Origin: Eledone cirrhosa
Taxonomy: Eukaryota
DNA length: 64,000 nt
NCBI GenBank assembly: GCA_964016885.1
Contig: OZ024756.1
Span: forward strand, 8,060,001 to 8,124,000
Direction of reading: 5' to 3'
Both the position numbers and the translations under genes were made by a program. Below, in pieces: positions 50,501 to 62,400 of the stretch; within the stretch, counting starts at the first letter, position 1, and each line of letters starts with the position of its first letter. The notes under the pieces are model-generated. The model ran no database searches. It was given only the letters and a program-made list of their open reading frames with translations, and was not told where the DNA came from.

Positions 50501-53500
50501 TCTATAGTCTTACTATATCACACTCTCTACATTATCTAATCTATAGTCTTACTATATATATCACACTCTCTAGCTTATCTAATCTATAGCCTTACTATAT
50601 CTCACTCTCTACATTATCTAATCTATAGTCTTAATATATCACACTCTCTACATTATCTAATCTATGGTCTTTCTATATATATCACTCTCTCTACATTATC
50701 TAATCTATAGTCTTACTATATATATCTCACTGTCTACATTATCTAATCTATAGTCTTATTATATCACACTCTCTACATTATCTAATCTATAGTCTTACTA
50801 TATCACACTCTCTACTTTATATAATCTATAGTCTTACTATGTATATCTCACTCTCTCCTTTATCTAATCTATAGTCTTAATATATCACACACTCTACATT
50901 ATCTGATCCATAGTCTTACTATATATATCACACTCTATACATTATCTAATCTATGGTCTTACTATATATATCACACTGTCTACATTATCTAATCTATTGT
51001 CTTACTATATATATCACACTCTATACATTATCTAATCTATAGTCTTACTATACATATCACACTCTCTAGCTTATCTAATCTATAGCCTTATTATATCTCA
51101 CTCTCTACATTATCTGATCTATAGTCTTATTATATATATCACACTCTATACATTATCTAATCTATGGTCTTACTATATATATCACACTGTCTACATAATC
51201 TAATCTATTGTCTTACTCTATATATCACACTCTATACATTATCTAATCTATAGTCTTACTATATCACACTCGCTACATTATTTAATCTATAGTATTACTA
51301 TATCAGACTCTCTACATTATCTAATCTATAGTCGTACTATATATATCTCACTCTCTACATTATTTAATCTACATTCTTACTATATCACACTCGGTACATT
51401 ATTTAATCTATAGTCTTACTATATCACACTCTGTACATTATCTAATCTATAGTCTTACTATATATATCACACTCCCTACATTATCTAATATATAGTCTTA
51501 ATATATATATCTCACTCTCTACATTATCTAATCTATAGTCTTACTATATCACACTCTGTATATTATCTAATCTATAGTCTTACTATATATATCACACTCT
51601 CTACCTTATCTAATCTATAGTCTTACTATATCACACTCTCTACATTATCTAATCTTTAGTCTTACTATATATATCACACTCTCTACATTATCTAATCTAT
51701 AGTCTTGCTATATATCTCACACTCTCTACATTATCTAATCTATAGACTTACTATATATATCACACTCTCTACCTTATCTAATCTATAGTCTTAGTATATC
51801 ACGGTCTATACATTATCTAATCTATAGTCTTAATATATCTCACTCTCTACATTATTTAATCTACATTCTTACTATATAACACTCGGTACATTATTTAATC
51901 TATAGTCTTACTATATCACACTCTGTACATTATCTAATCTATAGTCTTACTATATATATCACACTCCCTACATTATCTAATATATAGTCTTAATATATAT
52001 ATCTCACTCTCTACATTATCTAATCTATAGTCTTACTATATCACACTCTGTATATTATCTAATCTATAGTCTTACTATATATATCACACTCTCTACCTTA
52101 TCTAATCTATAGTCTTACTATATCGCACTCTCTACATTATCTAATCTTTAGTCTTACTATATATATCACACTCTCTACATTATCTAATCTATAGACTTGC
52201 TATATATATTACACTCTCTACATTATCTAATCTATAGTCTTACTATACATATCACACTCTCTAGCTTATCTTATCTATAGTCTTACTATATCTCACTCTC
52301 TACATTATCTAATCTATAGTCTTAATATATCACACTCTCTACATTATCTAATCCATGGTCTTACTATATATATCACTCTCTCTACATTATCTAATCTATA
52401 GTCTTACTATATATATCTCACTGTCTGCATTATCTAATCTATATTCTTACTATATCACACTCTCTACATTATCTAATCTATAGTCTTACTATGTATATCT
52501 CACTCTCTACTTTATCTAATCTATAGTCTTAATATATCACACACTCTACATTATCTTATCTATAGTCTTCCTATATATATCACACTCTATACATTATCTA
52601 ATCTATAGTCTTACTATATATATCACACTGTCTACATTATCTAATCTATTGTCTTACTATATATATCACACTCTATACATTATCTAATCTATAGTCTTAC
52701 TATATCACACTCGGTACATTATCTAAACTATAGTCTTACTATATCACACTCTGTACATTATCTAATGTATAGTCTTACTATATCACACTCTATACATTAT
52801 CTAATCTATAGTATTACTATATCAGACTCTCTACATTATCTAATCTATAGTCTTACTATATATATCTCACTCTGTACATTATTTAATCTACATTCTTACT
52901 ACATCACACTCGGTACATTATTTAATCTATAGTCTTACTATATCACACTCTGTACATTATCTAATCTATAGTCTTACTATATATATCACACTCCCTACAT
53001 TATCTAATCTATAGTCTTAATATATATATCTCACTCTCTACATTATTTAATCTACATTCTTATTATATCACACTCGGTACATTATTTAATCTATAGTCTT
53101 ACTATATCACACTCTCTACATTATCTAATCTATAATCTTACTATATATATTACACTCTCTACATTATCTAATCTGTAGTCTTAATATATCAATCTCCCTA
53201 CATTATCTAATCTTTAGACTTACTATATATATCACACTCTCTACGTTATCTAATCTATAGTCTTACTATATATCTCACACTCTCTACATTATCTAATCTA
53301 TAGACTTAATATATATATGACACTCTCTACCTTATCTAATCTATAGTCTTAGTATATCACACTCTATTCATTATCTGATCTATAGTCTTTCTATATCATA
53401 CTCTCTACATTATCTAATCTATAGACCTGCTATATATATCACACTCTCTACATTATCTAATCTATAGTCTTACTATACATATCACACTCTCTAGCTTATC

Positions 53501-54120
53501 TAATCTATAGCCTTACTATATCTCACTCTCTACATTATCTAATCTATGGTCTTACTATATATATCACTCTCTCTACATTATCTAATCTATAGTCTTACTA
53601 TATATATCTCACTGTCTGCATTATCTAATCTATAGTCTTACTATATCACCCTCTCTACATTATCTAATCTATAGACTTACTATATATATCCCACTCTCTA
53701 CATTATCTAATCTATAGTCTTACTATATATATCTCACTCTCTACCTTATCTAATCTATAGTCTTACTATATCACACTCTCTAATTTATATAATCCATAGT
53801 CTTACTATGTATATCTCACTCTCTACTTTATCTAATCTATAGTCTTAATATATCACACACTCTACATTATCTGATCTATAGTCTCACTATATATATCACA
53901 CTCTATACATTATCTAATCTATGGTCTTACTATATATATCACGCTGTCTACATTATCTAATCTATTGTCTTACTATATATATCACAATCTATACATTATC
54001 TAAACTATACTCTTACTATAAATGTCTCACTCTCTACATTATCTAATCTATAGTCTCACTAAATTAAACTATAGTCTTACTATATATATCTCACTCTCTA
54101 CATTATTTAATCTATAGTCT
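41600..54120 (+). repeat. Large block duplication (~41600-46460 vs ~47270-54120) whose second copy is expanded by internal duplications
   Basis: CTCAGTATATCACGG, with the CACGG at 41741/47398 (offset 5657). A second CACGG at 44143/51800 and AGACCTGC at 45766/53423 (both offset 7657). Confidence 0.88.
47491..50517 (+). repeat. Near-perfect 1500-bp tandem duplication (47491-48990 / 48991-50490)
   Basis: Sequence lines 47521-48901 match lines 49021-50401 column for column. I noticed one difference (T48158 vs C49658). Confidence 0.95.
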
Positions 54121-56454
54121 TACTATATCACGCTCTGTACATTATCTAATCTATAGTCTTACTATATATATCACACTCCCTACATTATCTAATGTATAGT
54201 TTTAATATATATATCTCACTCTCTACATTATCTAATCTATGGTCTTACTATAAATGTCTCACTCTCTACATTATCCTAGCTATAGTCTCACTAGATTAAA
54301 CTATAGTCTTACTATATATATCTCACTCTCTACATTATCTAATCTATAGTCTTACTATATCACACTCTGTATGTTATCTAATCTATAGTCTTACTATATA
54401 TATCACACTCTCTACCTTATCTAATATATAGTCTTACTATATCACACTCTCTACATTATCTAATCTATAGTCTTACTATATATATCACACTCCCTACATT
54501 ATCTAATCTATAGTCTTACTATATATATCACACTCTCTACATTATCTGATCTATAGTCTTAGTATATATATCACACTCTCTACCTTATCTAATCTATAGT
54601 CTTACTATATCACACTCTCTACATTATCTAATCTATAGCCTTACTATATATATCACACTCTCAACATTATCTAATATATAGTCTTACTATATCACACTCT
54701 CTACATTATTTAATCTATAGTATTACTATATCAGACTCTCTACATTATCAAATCTATAATCTTACTATATATATCACACTCTCTACATTATCTAATCTAT
54801 AATCTTACTATCTATATATCACTCTACACATTATCTAATCTATAGGCTTACTCTATATATCTCACAGTCTACACTATCTAATCTATAGTCTAACTATATC
54901 ACACTCCTTACATTATCTAATCTTTAGTCTTACTATATATATGACACTCTCTACATTATCTAATATATAGTATTACTATATCACACTCTCTACATTATCT
55001 AATCTATAGTCTTACTCTATATATCACACTCTGTACATTATCTAATCTATAGTCTTACTATATATATCTCACTCTCTTCTTTATCTAATCTATAGTCTTA
55101 ATATATAACACCCTCTACATTATCTAATCTATAGTCTTACTATATCACACTCGGTACATTATTTAATCTATAGTTTTACTATATCACACTCTCTACATTA
55201 TCTAATTTATAGTCTTAATATATCATTCTCCCTACATTATCTAATCTTAGTCTTACTATGTATATCACACTCTCTACCTTATCTAATCTATAGTCTTAGT
55301 ATATCACACTCTATACGTTATCTAATCTATAGTCTTTCTATATCATACTCTCTACATTATCTAATCTATAGACTTACTATATATATCACACTCTCTACAT
55401 TATCTAATCTATAGTCTTACTATACATATCACACTCTCTAGCTTATCTAAACTATAGCCTTACTATATCTCACTCTCTACATTATCTAACCTATAGTCTT
55501 AATATATCACACTCTCTACATTATCTAATCTATGGTCTTATTATATATATCACTCTCTCTACATTATCTAATCTATAGTCTTACTATATCTCACTCTCTA
55601 CCTTATCTAATCTATAGTCTTAGTATATCACACTCTATACATTATCTAATCTATGGTCTTACTATATCATACTCTCTACATTATCTATTCTATAGACTTA
55701 CTATATATATCACACTCTCTACATTATCTAATCTATAGTCTTACTATACATATCACACTCTCTAGCTTATCTAATCTATAGTCTTACTATATATATCACT
55801 CTCTCTACATTATCTAATCTATAGTCTTACTATATATATCTCACTCTCTACCTTATCTAATCTATAGTCTTACTATATCACATTCTCTACTTTATATAAT
55901 CTATAGTCATACTATATATATCACACTCTGTACATTATCTAATCTATAGTCTTACTATATATATCTCACTCTCTACTTTATCTAATCTATAGTCTAAATA
56001 TATCACACTCTCTACATTATCTAATCTATGGTCTTACTATAAATGTCTCACTCTCTACATTATCTAATCTATAGTCTCACTAGATTAAACTATAGTCTTA
56101 CTATATATATCTCACTCTCTACATTATCTAATCTATAGTCTTCCTATATCACACTCTGTATATTATCTAATCTATAGTCTTACTATATATCACACTCTCT
56201 ACCTTATCTAATCTATAGTCTTACTATATCACACTCTGTACATTATCTAATCTATAATCTTACTATATATATCACACTCTCTACCTTATCTAATCTATAG
56301 TCTTACTATATCATTCTCCCTACATTATCTAATCTTTAGTCTAAACTATATATATCACACTCTCTACATTATCTAATCTATAGTCTTACTATCTATATCT
56401 CACTCTATACATTATCTAATCAATAGGCTTATTTATATATCTCACTGTCTACAA

Positions 56455-59400
56455 TATCTAATCTATAGTCTTAGTATATATATCTCAATCTCTACTTTAT
56501 CTAATCTATAGTCTTAATATATAACACCCTCTACATTATCTAATCTATAGTCTTACTCTATCACACTCGGTACATTATTTAATCTATAGTTTTACCATAT
56601 CACACTCTGTACATTATCTAATATATAGTCTTACTATATCACACTCGGTACATTATTTAATCTATGGTTTTACTATATCACACTCTGTACATTATCTACT
56701 CTATAGTCTTACTATATATCTCACACTCTCTACATTATCTAATCTATAGAGTTACTATACATATCACACTCTCTAGCTTATCTAATCTATAGCCTTACTA
56801 TATCTCACTCTCTACATTATCTAATCCATAGTCTTAATATATCACACTCTCTACATTATCTAATCTATGGTCTTACTATATATAACGCTCTCTCTACATT
56901 ATCTAATCTATAGTCTTACTATATATATCTCACTGTCTGCATTATCTAATCTATAGTCTTACTATATCACACTCTCTATATTATCTAATCTATAGTCTTA
57001 CTATATATATCACACTCTCTACATTATCTAATCTATAGTCTTACTATATCACACTCTCTACTTTATATAATCTATAGTCTTACTATGTATATCTCACTCT
57101 CTACTTTATCTAATCTATAGTCTTAATGTATCACACACTCTACATTATCTGATCTATAGTCTTACTATATATATCACACTCTATACATTATCTAATCTAT
57201 GGTCTTACTATATATATCACACTGTCTACATTATCTAATCTATTGTCTTAGGATATATATCACACTCTATACATTATCTAATCTATAGTCTTACTATATC
57301 ACACTTGGTACATTATTTAATCTATAGTCTTACTATATCACACTCTATACATTATCTAATCTATATTCTTACTATATATATCACACTCCCTACATTATCT
57401 AATCTATAGCCTTAATATATATATCTCACTCTCTACATTATCTAATCTATGGTCTTACTATAAATGTCACACTCTCTACATTATGTAATCTATAGTCTCA
57501 CTAGATTAAACTATAGACTTACTATATATATCTCACTCTCTACATTATCTAATCTATAGTCTTACTATATCACACTCTGTATATTATCTAATCTATAGTC
57601 TTACTATATCACACTCTGTACATTATCTAATCTATAGTCTTACTATATATATCACACTCCCTACATTATCTAATCTATAGTCTTACTATATATATATCAC
57701 ACTCTCTACATTATCTAATCTATAGTCTTAGTATATATATCACACTCTCTACCTTATCTAATCTATAGTCTTATTTATCACACTCTCTACATTATCTAAT
57801 CTATAGTCTTACTATATATATCACACTCTCAACATTATCTAATATATAGTCTTACTATATCACACTCTATACATTATTTAATCTATAGTCTTACTATATC
57901 AGACTCGCTACATTATCTAATCTATAATCTTACTATATATATCACACTCTCTACATTATCTAATCTATAATCTAACAATATACATCCCACTTTCTACATT
58001 ATCTAATCTATAATCTTACTCTATATATCACACTCTGTACATTATCTAATCTAAAGTCTTACTATATATATCTCACTTTCTTCTTTATCTAATCTATAGT
58101 CTTAATATATAACCCCCTCTACATTATCTAATCTATAGTCTTACTATATCACACTCTCTACATTATCTAATCTTTACTCTTACTATATATATATGACACT
58201 CTCTACATTATCTAATGTATAGTATTACTATATCACACTCTCTACATTATCTAATCTATAGTCTTACTATATATATCACACTCTCTACATTATCTAATCT
58301 ATAATCTTACTATATATATTACACTCTCTACATTATCTAATTTATAGTCTTAATATATCATTCTCCCTACATTATCTAATATATAGACTTACTATATATA
58401 TCACACTCTCTACCTTATCTAATCTATAGTCTTAGTATATCACACTCTATACGTTATCTAATCTATAGTCTTTCTATATCATACTCTCTACATTATGTAA
58501 TCTATAGACTTACTATATATATCACACTCTCTACATTATCTAATCTATAGTCTTACTATACATATCACACTCTCTAGCTTATCTAAACTATAGCCTTACT
58601 ATATCTCACTCTCTACATTACCTAACCTATAGTCTTAATATATCACACTCTCTACATTATCTAATCTATGGTCTTACTATATATATCACTCTCTCTACAT
58701 TATCTAATCTATAGTCTTACTATATCTCACTCACTACCTTATTTAATCTATAGTCTTACTATATCACACTCTATACATTATCTAATCTATACTCTTTCTA
58801 TATCATACTCTCTACATTATCTATTCTATAGACTTACTATATATATCACACACTCTACATTATCTAATCTATAGTCTTACTATACATATCACACTCTCTA
58901 GCTTATCTAATCTATAGTCTTACTATATATATCACTCTCTCTACATTATCTAATCTATAGTCTTACTATATCACATTCTCTACTTTATATAATCTATAGT
59001 CATACTATATATATCACACTCTGTACATTATCTAATCTATAGTCTTACTATATATATCTCACTCTCTACTTTATCTAAACTATAGTCTAAATATATCACA
59101 CTCTCTACATTATCTAATCTATGGTCTTACTATAAATGTCTCACTCTCTACATTATCTAATCTATAGTCTCACTAGATTAAACTATAGTCTTACTATATA
59201 TATCTCACTCTCTACATTATCTAATCTATAGTCTTCCTATATCACACTCTGTATATAATCTAATCTATAGTCTTACTATCTATATCACACTCTCTACCTT
59301 ATCTAATCTATAGTCTTAGTATATATATCTCAATCTCTACTTTATCTAATCTATAGTCTTAATATATAACACCCTCTACATTATCTAATCTATAGTCTTA

Positions 59401-62400
59401 CTATATCACACTCGGTACATTATTTAATCTATAGTTTTACCATATCACACTCTGTACATTATCTAATATATAGTCTTACTATATCACACTCGGTACATTA
59501 TTTAATCTATGGTTTTACTATATCACACTCTGTACATTATCTACTCTATAGTCTTACTATATATCTCACACTCTCTACATTATCTAATCTATAGACTTAC
59601 TATACATATCACACTCTCTAGCTTATCTAATCTATAGCCTTACTATATCTCACTCTCTACATTATCTAATCCATAGTCTTAATATATCACACTCTCTACA
59701 TTATCTAATCTATGGTCTTACTATATATAACGCTCTCTCTACATTATCTAATCTATAGTCTTACTATATATATCTCACTGTCTGCATTATCTAATCTATA
59801 GTCTTACTATATCACACTCTCTACATTATCTAATCTATAGTCTTACTATATATATCACACTCTCTACATTATCTAATCTATAGTCTTACTATATCACACT
59901 CTCTACTTTATATAATCTATAGTCTTACTATGTATATCTCACTCTCTACTTTATCTAATCTATAGTCTTAATGTATCACACACTCTACATTATCTGATCT
60001 ATAGTCTTACTATATATATCACACTCTATACATTATCTAATCTATGGTCTTACTATATATATCACACTGTCTACATTATCTAATCTATTGTCTTAGGATA
60101 TATATCACACTCTATACATTATCTAATCTATAGTCTTACTATATCACACTTGGTACATTATTTAATCTATAGTCTTACTATATCACACTCTATACATTAT
60201 CTAATCTATATTCTTACTATATATATCACACTCCCTACATTATCTAATCTATAGCCTTAATATATATATCTCACTCTCTACATTATCTAATCTATGGTCT
60301 TACTATAAATGTCACACTCTCTACATTATGTAATCTATAGTCTCACTAGATTAAACTATAGACTTACTATATATATCTCACTCTCTACATTATCTAATCT
60401 ATAGTCTTACTATATCACACTCTGTATATTATCTAATCTATAGTCTTACTATATCACACTCTGTACATTATCTAATCTATAGTCTTACTATATATATCAC
60501 ACTCCCTACATTATCTAATCTATAGTCTTACTATATATATATCACACTCTCTACATTATCTAATCTATAGTCTTAGTATATATATCACACTCTCTACCTT
60601 ATCTAATCTATAGTCTTATTTATCACACTCTCTACATTATCTAATCTATAGTCTTACTATATATATCACACTCTCAACATTATCTAATATATAGTCTTAC
60701 TATATCACACTCTATACATTATTTAATCTATAGTCTTACTATATCAGACTCGCTACATTATCTAATCTATAATCTTACTATATATATCACACTCTCTACA
60801 TTATCTAATCTATAATCTAACAATATACATCCCACTTTCTACATTATCTAATCTATAATCTTACTCTATATATCACACTCTGTACATTATCTAATCTAAA
60901 GTCTTACTATATATATCTCACTTTCTTCTTTATCTAATCTATAGTCTTAATATATAACCCCCTCTACATTATCTAATCTATAGTCTTACTATATCACACT
61001 CTCTACATTATCTAATCTTTACTCTTACTATATATATATGACACTCTCTACATTATCTAATGTATAGTATTACTATATCACACTCTCTACATTATCTAAT
61101 CTATAGTCTTACTATATATATCACACTCTCTACATTATCTAATCTATAATCTTACTATATATATTACACTCTCTACATTATCTAATTTATAGTCTTAATA
61201 TATCATTCTCCCTACATTATCTAATATATAGACTTACTATATATATCACACTCTCTACCTTATCTAATCTATAGTCTTAGTATATCACACTCTATACGTT
61301 ATCTAATCTATAGTCTTTCTATATCATACTCTCTACATTATGTAATCTATAGACTTACTATATATATCACACTCTCTACATTATCTAATCTATAGTCTTA
61401 CTATACATATCACACTCTCTAGCTTATCTAAACTATAACCTTACTATATCTCACTCTCTACATTACCTAACCTATAGTCTTAATATATCACACTCTCTAC
61501 ATTATCTAATCTATGGTCTTACTATATATATCACTCTCTCTACATTATCTAATCTATAGTCTTACTATATCTCACTCACTACCTTATTTAATCTATAGTC
61601 TTACTATATCACACTCTATACATTATCTAATCTATACTCTTTCTATATCATACTCTCTACATTATCTATTCTATAGACTTACTATATATATCACACACTC
61701 TACATTATCTAATCTATAGTCTTACTATACATATCACACTCTCTAGCTTATCTAATCTATAGTCTTACTATATATATCACTCTCTCTACATTATCTAATC
61801 TATAGTCTTACTATATCACATTCTCTACTTTATATAATCTATAGTCATACTATATATATCACACTCTGTACATTATCTAATCTATAGTCTTACTATATAT
61901 ATCTCACTCTCTACTTTATCTAAACTATAGTCTAAATATATCACACTCTCTACATTATCTAATCTATGGTCTTACTATAAATGTCTCACTCTCTACATTA
62001 TCTAATCTATAGTCTCACTAGATTAAACTATAGTCTTACTATATATATCTCACTCTCTACATTATCTAATCTATAGTCTTCCTATATCACACTCTGTATA
62101 TAATCTAATCTATAGTCTTACTATCTATATCACACTCTCTACCTTATCTAATCTATAGTCTTAGTATATATATCTCAATCTCTACTTTATCTAATCTATA
62201 GTCTTAATATATAACACCCTCTACATTATCTAATCTATAGTCTTACTATATCACACTCGGTACATTATTTAATCTATAGTTTTACCATATCACACTCTGT
62301 ACATTATCTAATATATAGTCTTACTATATCACACTCGGTACATTATTTAATCTATGGTTTTACTATATCACACTCTGTACATTATCTACTCTATAGTCTT

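Noticed and set aside
836-61719. All 14 ORFs in the track (62-99 aa, repeating ISHSLHYLIYSLT)
   Set aside because: 39 bp is 13 codons and one frame of the consensus is stop-free, so runs of 39-bp monomers read through until 43-bp monomers shift the frame. Start codons come from sporadic substitutions, and recurring ORFs simply mark duplicated blocks. There is no sign of coding constraint.
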